64,000 nt of DNA, taken from assembly GCA_036001465.1 (NCBI GenBank), contig DASYUH010000046.1:19993-83992 (forward strand). The letters run 5' to 3'. Positions 9,067 to 16,169 of the stretch are shown in pieces. Each line of letters opens with the position of its first letter. Within the stretch, counting starts at the first letter, position 1. Under the pieces are notes generated by a model. It was given only the letters and a program-made list of their open reading frames with translations. It did no database searches and was not told the DNA's origin. Source of the DNA: Candidatus Polarisedimenticolia bacterium (GTDB taxonomy: Bacteria > Acidobacteriota > Polarisedimenticolia > Gp22-AA2). The position numbers and the translations under genes were made by a program.

Positions 9067-10074
9067 ATGAAACACCATCAGCTTCCCATCCTCCTCGCAG
9101 CGCTCCTCGTTGTGATCGCCATCCCCGCGGGCGCCTGGACCACGAACGAGGTCCCGTGTGATTTCCTGACCGGCGGAGGGTACATCATTCACAACGGTGC
9201 CCACGCGAACTTCGGAGTAGCGGGCGGGGTGAAGAACGGCGCCTTCTGGGGCCATCTCGAGTACAACGACCACGGCACGACCCCGCCGATGAAGGTCCAC
9301 GGGACGGGTGTCACCGGATATTTTTACGTCGATGCGAACACCCGTTACATCCAGGGCACCTGCACGATCAACGGAGTCGCCGGGTACACCTACGAGATCA
9401 AGGTGACCGACAACGGCGAGCCGGGACGGGGCCACGACCTCTTCTCCATCGGCCTGAGCACGGGGTACAGGGCAGGGGCGTGGTCGGGCGACGGGCCGAT
9501 CGCGGGTGGCAACATCCAGCTGCACAAGGGGAACGGCTCGACCACGCCGCCGCCGGGCTTCACCTGCCAGGACACGAGCAACCCCGCTCCAACGCCGACG
9601 CCGACTCCCACACCCACGCCGACACCCACACCGACGCCCACACCGACGCCCACGCCGACTCCCACACCCACACCAACGCCGCCTCCATCATCGACGACAC
9701 GCATCGAGGAGGACGATCCCTCCGTTGTCTACACCGGAATGTGGGGCTCCATATCCCGCGATGATTTGAGCGGCGGCTCCATCAAGGAGTCGTTGGATCC
9801 GGCAGGCACCGCCACGCTGGTTTTTTCAGGAACGGGTGTGAGCTGGATCAGCTATACGGCCCCGTTCAATGGGATCGCTCAGGTGTACCTCGATGGGACC
9901 CTGAGCGCGACGGTCGATACGTACGCCCCGACCGAGCACGCGCAGGCCGTTGTGTACTCCGTCGGCGGCCTGCCGGCGGGTCCTCACACGCTGACCATCA
10001 AGGTCACGTTCACGTGGAACCCGTCCGGCTGCTGCGCCTGGATCGTCGTGGACGCCTTCGATGTGAGTTCGTGA
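9067..10074 (+). CDS. secreted three-part protein: post-COAP-1-like N-domain, (TP)n linker, C-terminal beta-sandwich (carbohydrate-binding-like) domain
   Basis: Signal peptide MKHHQLPILLAALLVVIAIPAGA. N-domain FLTGGGYI...ANFGVAGG...GHLEYNDHG...VTDNGEPGRGHDLFSI...GGNIQLHKG. About 17 TP dipeptides. C-terminal ...LVFSGTGVSWISY...IAQVYLDG...HTLTIKV. Confidence 0.65.
   Translation: MKHHQLPILLAALLVVIAIPAGAWTTNEVPCDFLTGGGYIIHNGAHANFGVAGGVKNGAFWGHLEYNDHGTTPPMKVHGTGVTGYFYVDANTRYIQGTCTINGVAGYTYEIKVTDNGEPGRGHDLFSIGLSTGYRAGAWSGDGPIAGGNIQLHKGNGSTTPPPGFTCQDTSNPAPTPTPTPTPTPTPTPTPTPTPTPTPTPTPTPPPSSTTRIEEDDPSVVYTGMWGSISRDDLSGGSIKESLDPAGTATLVFSGTGVSWISYTAPFNGIAQVYLDGTLSATVDTYAPTEHAQAVVYSVGGLPAGPHTLTIKVTFTWNPSGCCAWIVVDAFDVSS
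9589..9687 (+). repeat. imperfect 6-bp (ACN CCN) tandem repeat encoding the (Thr-Pro)n linker
   Basis: ccaacgccgacgccgactcccacacccacgccgacacccacaccgacgcccacaccgacgcccacgccgactcccacacccacaccaacgccgcctcca. Confidence 0.9.
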
Positions 10075-10097
10075 GCCCGGACGGGAAGCTATCGAGG

Positions 10098-10131
10098 CCC
10101 CCCTGCGGTGCTCTCGAGGGCCACAGGGGGG
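10098..10131. terminator. hairpin between convergent genes
   Basis: CCCCCCTG...CAGGGGGG, an 8-bp stem with an 18-nt loop. It lies between the stop at 10074 (+) and the pilT stop at 10143 (-). No clear U-tract. Confidence 0.35.
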
Positions 10132-10142
10132 AGTTGAACCCG

Positions 10143-11579
10143 TCACGCCGCCTGAAGCTTCACGCCGCTCCGTTCGAGCATCGAGCGCAGCTCCTGCTTG
10201 TTGACGGCGTTGGCGTAGGCTTCCTCCGGCTCGACCTGGCCCTTCTTCACGAGCTCGAGCAGCGAGTCGCTCAGGGTGATCATCCCGGAGCCCCGTCCGG
10301 TCTGCATGACGGAGGGGATTTGGAACGTCTTCCCCTCGCGGATCAGGTTGCTGACGGCGGGGGATACCAGAAGGATTTCCAGGGCGGCGACGCGGCCGCC
10401 CCCCTTCCTGCGGCACAAGGTCTGGGCGATGACTCCCTTCAGCGACTCCGAGAGCATGGCGCGGATCTGGTTCTGCCGGTCGGCGGGGAACTGATCGATG
10501 ATCCGGTCGACGGTGGAGGCGGCCGTGTTGGTGTGCAGCGTCCCGAAGACCAGGTGACCCGTCTCGGCGGTCTCGATGGCGATGGCGACCGTCTCGAGGT
10601 CGCGCATCTCCCCGACGAGGACGATGTCGGGATCCTCCCGCAGCGCCGCGCGCAACGCCGTCTTGAACCCGCAGGTATGCGTCCCGACCTCGCGCTGGTT
10701 GATGAGCGCCTTGCGCACGGGATGGACGAACTCGATCGGGTCTTCGATGGTGATGATGTGCACGGGCTGGTCGCGGTTGATCGAGTCGATCATCGCCGCC
10801 AGCGTGGTCGATTTCCCCGAGCCGGTGGGGCCGGTGACGACCACCAGCCCCTTGTGCAGATTGCACAGGTCGAGAATCTGCGGGGGGAGGCCGAGCTCCT
10901 GGGCGGACTGGATGTCGGTCGGAATGACCCGGAACACGCCCCCCATGCCGCGCCGGTCCTGGAAGAGGTTGCAGCGGAACCGCGCCACGCCGGGGATCTC
11001 ATGGGAAAAGTCGACGTCGTGCGATCGCTCGAACTCGGCGCGCTTCTCGGCGGGGGTGATCGAGAGGAGCAGCTCGGCCACCTGCTCGGCGGTGAACGGC
11101 ACGATGTCCCCGACCGGGACGATCTCCCCGTGCTTCCGGAACAGCGGCGTATTCCCCGAGGTGAGGTGAAGGTCGGAGCAGTGCTCCCGGACCATCTGGA
11201 CGAACAGGGATTCGATCGTCAGCGTCGCCTTGCGGCCTTCGATGACCGGTCCCCGGGCGGGGGAGGGAGCGGCCGTGATCGGCAACGGGCCGGCCTCCAG
11301 CCTCAGCGCTTCGCCGTCGCGGGTGAACTTCACCGTCACCGTGCCCGCGGGGGCCGGGTAGCAGAATTCATGCTCGCCGTCCTGCTCGACGTCCCCGGCG
11401 AGGTTCGGCGGCACGATCTCCTTGAGGAGATCGCGGATCTGCGCCACCGTGACCGGCTGCGGGCTGACCGGACGGTGCTCCTTCCCGACGACCAGGACGA
11501 GCCGCTCTCCCGAGGCCATGATCAGCCGGTCGGCCGAGGACTGGAACATCGCCTGGACGAGCCTGTCGATGCGGGCCAT
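10143..11579 (-). CDS. pilT: type IV pilus retraction ATPase PilT-like, with an extra (duplicated) N-terminal domain
   Basis: Walker A GPTGSGKSTTLAAMI; IITIEDPIEF; Walker B/Asp-box DPDIVLVGEMRD; His-box TGHLVFGTLHTN; AIRNLIREGK-like VSNLIREGK. About 115 extra N-terminal residues compared with an ordinary PilT of about 350-360 aa. Confidence 0.9.
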   Translation of the reverse strand: MARIDRLVQAMFQSSADRLIMASGERLVLVVGKEHRPVSPQPVTVAQIRDLLKEIVPPNLAGDVEQDGEHEFCYPAPAGTVTVKFTRDGEALRLEAGPLPITAAPSPARGPVIEGRKATLTIESLFVQMVREHCSDLHLTSGNTPLFRKHGEIVPVGDIVPFTAEQVAELLLSITPAEKRAEFERSHDVDFSHEIPGVARFRCNLFQDRRGMGGVFRVIPTDIQSAQELGLPPQILDLCNLHKGLVVVTGPTGSGKSTTLAAMIDSINRDQPVHIITIEDPIEFVHPVRKALINQREVGTHTCGFKTALRAALREDPDIVLVGEMRDLETVAIAIETAETGHLVFGTLHTNTAASTVDRIIDQFPADRQNQIRAMLSESLKGVIAQTLCRRKGGGRVAALEILLVSPAVSNLIREGKTFQIPSVMQTGRGSGMITLSDSLLELVKKGQVEPEEAYANAVNKQELRSMLERSGVKLQAA

Positions 11580-11589
11580 GTCTCTGCTC

Positions 11590-12231
11590 CTAGCCCTCGT
11601 TGACGCGGGCGATGTGCCGCTTGTTCACCAGGTACACCTGCCCCGCGTGCCGCACCGCCAGGCACCGATCCTCGCGGTTCAGAAAATCGAGCAGCCGGCT
11701 GCGCGTCTCCGGCATGTCGTACTCGACCGTGCCGCGGATCGCGGCGCCGCTCTCCAGAATCACCTCGACCTCCGCATGCCGGGGTGACGGGAGAGGGGGG
11801 CCGTCGGCCCCCGGTCGCTCCGCCCCGGGCTCTTCCGCGGCGGGCACCGTGATCACGACGACGGCGTCTCGCCGCAGAAGGCGCAGCTTCCCCTTGCGAT
11901 CGAGGGCCGGGAGAAACGTGTCCGGGCCGTTCAGCAGATCGCTCGGACGCTCGTCGCCGGCGTGAAGCCTCGTTCGCCCGGCAAGAAACAACCTCAGCAC
12001 GGCAGGCTTCTCCCCGGCGATCGTCACGTGCGCGGTCAGCTCCTTCTTGGCGACTCGGTACTCGTGCGTCAACGGGACGACCTCACACGGCGGACGCCCG
12101 CCCTCGGGGTGCACGGGCCCATGCCCAACACTAGTGTCGCAACCGATCAAGTCAAGGTCGATTACGAAGGTGTACCCGGAGGCCGGGGCGGGGCACCGGT
12201 CGGGCGTGTCGTCTATACTAAGGTGACACAC
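11590..12231 (-). CDS. hypothetical protein with two tandem domains of about 70 aa; start uncertain
   Basis: ORF ends 10 nt upstream of the pilT start. There is an internal repeat of one pattern (ERPSDLLNGPDTFLPALDRKGKLRLLRRDAVVVITV versus TRSRLLDFLNREDRCLAVRHAGQVYLVNKRHIARVNE). The GTG 12231 start is only the longest option; an internal TTG/GTG start is possible. Confidence 0.5.
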   Translation of the reverse strand: MCHLSIDDTPDRCPAPASGYTFVIDLDLIGCDTSVGHGPVHPEGGRPPCEVVPLTHEYRVAKKELTAHVTIAGEKPAVLRLFLAGRTRLHAGDERPSDLLNGPDTFLPALDRKGKLRLLRRDAVVVITVPAAEEPGAERPGADGPPLPSPRHAEVEVILESGAAIRGTVEYDMPETRSRLLDFLNREDRCLAVRHAGQVYLVNKRHIARVNEG

Positions 12232-12274
12232 GGCGGGCCGGGTTCGACCGGGCTCCGCTCATGAGGAGGTTCCC

Positions 12275-12706
12275 ATGCGGCCAAGCCGCCAGCTGGTCGT
12301 CCTTGGCATGTTCGCTCTCGCCCTGGTCCCGACGGTCCGGGCCGCAGGCAAGAAGGACAAACCCTCGCCCGAGCCGTTCGGGCGATTCACCGTGAACCAG
12401 GTGGAACGGCGGCTCGCCCAGCCGGATGTTCACCTGTACGATGGCAATCCCCCCGACGTGTACGCCGAGAACCATGTGCCGGGCGCCGTGCACCTGAACA
12501 CCGACGACATCAAAGAGGGGGTCTTGCCGGCGGACAAGAACTCCACCCTCATCTTCTATTGCATGAACGAACTCTGAACGCAATGCCATCACTCGGCCCG
12601 GAGGGCCGCCGAGCTCGGCTACCGCGAGACCTTCATCATGCCGTCAGGAATCCAGGGTTGGGTCAAGGCAGGCAAGCCGATCGTCAAGGGGGACAAGGCA
12701 CGCTGA
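12275..12706 (+). CDS. exported single-domain rhodanese with in-frame TGA at 12575-12577 (candidate selenocysteine codon; alternatively a pseudogene or sequencing error)
   Basis: GAGGAGG RBS; signal peptide MRPSRQLVVLGMFALALVPTVRA. The rhodanese core ...VHLYDGNPPDVYAENHVPGAVHL...STLIFYCMNEL is followed by TGA. The same frame then continues TQCHHSARRAAELGYRETFIMPSGIQGWVKAGKPIVKGDKAR to TGA 12704-12706. Confidence 0.6.
12592..12613 (+). promoter_or_regulatory. GC-rich hairpin 14 nt downstream of the in-frame TGA (possible bacterial SECIS)
   Basis: CUCGGC-CC-GGAG-GG-(CC bulge)-GCCGAG gives a 6+2 bp stem with apical loop GGAG starting 25 nt from the U of UGA. Alternative fold: CGGCCC-GGA-GGGCCG. 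Confidence 0.35.
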
Positions 12707-12898
12707 TCGACTCGCAACCTCGTGGTCGAAGACCCCAACAGCCCTGAAATCAGCCGGTTAGCTCCTTGGTGCGGCGGCGATCCACTCTCGTGGGGCCTCC
12801 GCCCTCCACATCCCCCGAGGTCCGTCCTGCTGTCTCCCGACTGAAATTCCGGGAACGAAGTGCCGGCGTCGGTCGTATGATCCCACCGGGCAATCCAA

Positions 12899-15409
12899 AT
12901 GGTCACTACCTTCGTCCAGGATCTCCGCGTCGGGCTGCGCGTTCTCCTCCGGGAGAAGGGCTTCTGCGCCATGGCCATCGCCGTCCTGGCGCTCGGCATC
13001 TGCGGCGTCACCACCACGTTCAGCGTGGTGAACGGGGTGATGCTGCGCGGGTTCTCGTTTCCGAACTCCGCCCGGCTGGTCAGCGTCAACTTCATCGATC
13101 CGACCAGCAAGAACTTCTTCGGCCAGAACGGTCAGATCTCGGCCATGGACTTCGAAGAGGTGCGCCCGCAGGCGAAGTCGTACGAGCTCATGTCCGCCTA
13201 CATCAACGGCTCGACCGTCAACGCGACGATCGACGGGACTCCCCGGCGCTACACGGGCGCCTACGTGACACCCGACTTCCTCAGGATTCTCGGCGTGGCA
13301 CCCAGTATCGGGCGCGACCTGAGGGCGGAGGACAATGCCCCCGGCGCCGAGAAGGTCGCCATCATCGGTTACGGCCTCTGGCAGCGCGACTTCGGCGGGA
13401 CGCAGGACATCGTGGGCAAGGGGCTCCGCATCAACGGGACGCCGGCGACGATCGTCGGCGTGATGCCCAAGGGCTTCGCGTTCCCGATCAACGAGGAGCT
13501 GTGGATCCCGCTCTACAGCGAGTTCCCGGTGCGCGAGCGCAACAACCCGCGCAACGTCAACCCCGGGGTGGTGGCGCTGCTCAAGCCGGGCGTTTCGCTG
13601 GACCAGGCCAACGCCGAGGCGACGACGCTCGCGAGGCGCCTCGCGGAGGCCTATCCGGAGACCAACAAGCAGTTCAACACGGGCAAGGTCGAGCCGCTGC
13701 TCAAGACGTACACGCCGCTGCCCCTGCGCGGCACGCTCCTCACGATGCTGGCATTCTGCGTGGGCCTGCTTTTGATCGGGTGCGTCAACGTGATGAACAT
13801 GCAGTTCGCCCGGGCGACCCTGCGGGCGAGGGAGCTGGCCATCCGCTCGTCGCTCGGCGCCAGCCGGACCCGCCTGATCTTCCAGATGCTGACCGAGAGC
13901 CTGCTGGTCACGGTCGTCGGCACCGCGGTCGGCGTGGGCCTGGCGTATTACTGCACCGACCTGCTGAACGCGACGGTCCGCAACTTCGACAACCCGCCGC
14001 CGTCGTGGATCACCTTCGACATCGACGGCCCGGTGCTGGGCTTCAGCATCGTCGCGATGCTCGCGGCCGCGATCGTGTCGGGGCTCCTGCCCGCCTGGAT
14101 GGCCTCGCGCGCCAACGTGGTCTCGGTGCTGAAGGAGGGCGGCCGGGGTGGCACGAGCCGCGGGACCCGGGTGGTCATGCGCGGCCTGGTGGTCCTTCAG
14201 GTTGTAGTGACCTGCGTCCTTCTGATCGGGTCACTGCTTCAAATGCAGTCGATCCTCAAGCAGCAGACGATCGACTACGGCTACGACACGGAAGGGCTCA
14301 TGTCGGCCCGCATGGGGCTGATGGACGGTGCTTATCCGACGCAGGAGCTGCGCAAGACCTTCTTCGACCGCCTCGTGCGCGAGCTGCAGGCCCACTCGGA
14401 GTTCGAGGCGGTGGCGCTCACCAACAAGTTCCGGATGGTCTTCTCGGGGAGCGGGCCGATCGAGATCGAGGGGAAGGAGTACAAGGAGAAGAAGGACCGC
14501 CCCAACGCCAACTTCGAGCAGGTCACGTCCGGCTACTTCGAGGTCCTCGGCCAGACGCTGATCGAGGGGCGCCGGTTCCAGGACGACGATCTCGACGACA
14601 AGCTGCCCGTGGCCGTCGTGAACGCGGCGTTCGCGCACAAGCACTTCGGCAACGAGAGCCCGCTGGGCCGGCGCTTCCGCGCCCTGGACGGCAACACGCT
14701 GCAGCCCGGCCCGTGGCGCACCATCGTCGGCGTCGTCAGGACCGTGCGGATGATGCCGCCCTTCAATATTCCGAACGTCGACGAGACGGGCTTCTACGTG
14801 CCGTTCTATTCGCAGCCGAGCGGCCCGGCGCAGCCGGGGCCGGCCGCCGCCCAATTCGCCACCGTCCTCGTCAGGCCGCGCGGCGGCCTGCGCGCCGACA
14901 CGCTGGCCAACGCGCTGCGCCGCGAGGTCGCCAAGGTGGACCCGGACCTGCCGCTTTACTACGTCGACACGCCCAAGCGGCAGATCGCGGGCTTCGTGAG
15001 CCAGGGCCGCGTCGTCGCCATCATGTTCTCGATCTTCGGGGCGGTCGCCATGGTGATCGCCGGGGTGGGGATCTACGGCGTCATGTCGTTCTCGGTGAAC
15101 CAGCGCACCCAGGAGCTGGGTGTTCGCATGGCCCTGGGCGCCGACAGCCGGCGCATCCTTCGCATGGTGCTGCGCCAGGGTTCGGTCCTGACAGGGGTCG
15201 GCCTGGCGCTCGGGCTGCTGATCACGCTGGGGCTGGCCGGGGCCGCGGGAGAGGGCATCCAGAGCGTCCTGTTCGGCGTCAGCCCGCTCGACCCGCTCAT
15301 CTATGCCGCCGTGGCCGCGATGATAGCGGCCGTTTCGCTCGCGGCCTCGTTCGTCCCCGCCCGGCGCGCCACGCGCGTGGACCCGATGATCGCGCTGCGC
15401 GCCGAGTAG
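12899..15409 (+). CDS. ADOP-family duplicated FtsX/MacB-type ABC permease
   Basis: 836 aa. N-terminus MVTTFVQDLRVGLRVLLREKGFCAMAIAVLALGI is typical of this family. There are two FtsX 4-TM modules, each preceded by a large periplasmic domain, and the protein ends ...ARRATRVDPMIALRAE. Confidence 0.9.
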   Translation: MVTTFVQDLRVGLRVLLREKGFCAMAIAVLALGICGVTTTFSVVNGVMLRGFSFPNSARLVSVNFIDPTSKNFFGQNGQISAMDFEEVRPQAKSYELMSAYINGSTVNATIDGTPRRYTGAYVTPDFLRILGVAPSIGRDLRAEDNAPGAEKVAIIGYGLWQRDFGGTQDIVGKGLRINGTPATIVGVMPKGFAFPINEELWIPLYSEFPVRERNNPRNVNPGVVALLKPGVSLDQANAEATTLARRLAEAYPETNKQFNTGKVEPLLKTYTPLPLRGTLLTMLAFCVGLLLIGCVNVMNMQFARATLRARELAIRSSLGASRTRLIFQMLTESLLVTVVGTAVGVGLAYYCTDLLNATVRNFDNPPPSWITFDIDGPVLGFSIVAMLAAAIVSGLLPAWMASRANVVSVLKEGGRGGTSRGTRVVMRGLVVLQVVVTCVLLIGSLLQMQSILKQQTIDYGYDTEGLMSARMGLMDGAYPTQELRKTFFDRLVRELQAHSEFEAVALTNKFRMVFSGSGPIEIEGKEYKEKKDRPNANFEQVTSGYFEVLGQTLIEGRRFQDDDLDDKLPVAVVNAAFAHKHFGNESPLGRRFRALDGNTLQPGPWRTIVGVVRTVRMMPPFNIPNVDETGFYVPFYSQPSGPAQPGPAAAQFATVLVRPRGGLRADTLANALRREVAKVDPDLPLYYVDTPKRQIAGFVSQGRVVAIMFSIFGAVAMVIAGVGIYGVMSFSVNQRTQELGVRMALGADSRRILRMVLRQGSVLTGVGLALGLLITLGLAGAAGEGIQSVLFGVSPLDPLIYAAVAAMIAAVSLAASFVPARRATRVDPMIALRAE

Positions 15410-15440
15410 CTCTCGACCCGTCCCTCAGCGACCGTCCGCT

Positions 15441-16169
15441 TCACGCATCTCCGAGGTGGAGCCGCGAGGCCGCGGGCTCGTCCACGATCCAGGTCGCGTT
15501 CCGTGCGAGCTGGGCCGGGCAGGCAAGAAGGCCCCAGGGGCCGGCGCAGGCTCGCGCGACCGCACGCGCCTTGCCCTCCCCAGCCGCCAGCACGAGACGG
15601 GTCCGGGCGGCTCCGATGACCGGGGGCGTCACGGTGATGCGCCACTCCGGAGGCACCGGCGCCCGCACCGCCAGCACTCTTCGCCGGTCTTCGCGCACGG
15701 CGGGATCCTGGGGAAAGAGCGAGGCCGTGTGTCCGTCCGCCCCGATTCCCAGCACCAGGACGTCGAGCCGGGGCGGAAGGAGCCGCTCGTAGTCCGCCGC
15801 GGCACCGGCGACATCGGGTCGCTCCCCTTCCATCCGGTGGATCGCGGCGGGGGGCGCAGGGAGACGATCCAGGAGCGACTCCTTGACCAGTCGGAAATTG
15901 CTTTCAGCCTGATCGGGCGGAACGGCCCGTTCGTCCGCGAAATAGATCTCCACCATGCCCCAGGGCAGCCCGGGGATTCGCGCCAGCGCCTCGTAAACCG
16001 GACGGGGCCCCGTCCCGCCCGACAGGGCGAGGCCGATCCGCTCCCGTTCCAGGGCCGCCGCGTGGAGACTCCGGGCAACATGGTCCGCCGCGGTCCCGGC
16101 GAACTCCTCCGGCGCCACCACGATCGGATTGCAGGGAAGTCCGGGATCGCGGCTCAAATCTGTCGCCAT
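15441..16169 (-). CDS. pgl: 6-phosphogluconolactonase
   Basis: ...GLALSGGTGPRPVYEAL...VEIYFADERAVPPD...DVLVLGIGADGHTASLFP... The start ATG 16169 overlaps the end of zwf by 16 nt. Confidence 0.9.
   Translation of the reverse strand: MATDLSRDPGLPCNPIVVAPEEFAGTAADHVARSLHAAALERERIGLALSGGTGPRPVYEALARIPGLPWGMVEIYFADERAVPPDQAESNFRLVKESLLDRLPAPPAAIHRMEGERPDVAGAAADYERLLPPRLDVLVLGIGADGHTASLFPQDPAVREDRRRVLAVRAPVPPEWRITVTPPVIGAARTRLVLAAGEGKARAVARACAGPWGLLACPAQLARNATWIVDEPAASRLHLGDA

Noticed and set aside
11590-12231. Calling the PilT-adjacent protein a PilZ (c-di-GMP receptor).
   Set aside because: An RxxxR (RLLRR) is present, but no D/NxSxxG motif follows at the expected distance (ILESGAAIRG does not fit). 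The assignment is left open.
12236-12262. GGTTCGA string suggestive of a tRNA T-loop.
   Set aside because: The flanking bases do not form a T-stem (gccgg versus cgggc), and no acceptor or anticodon arms can be drawn. It lies in the 43-bp spacer before the rhodanese RBS.
12559-12747. 62-aa ORF (MHERTLNAMPSLGPEGRRARLP...) as the gene downstream of the truncated rhodanese.
   Set aside because: It is in a different frame from the rhodanese, has no RBS, and its product is Arg/Gly-rich. The rhodanese frame itself continues past the TGA with a conserved-looking C-terminus. The in-frame read-through (Sec) or pseudogene interpretation explains the region better.
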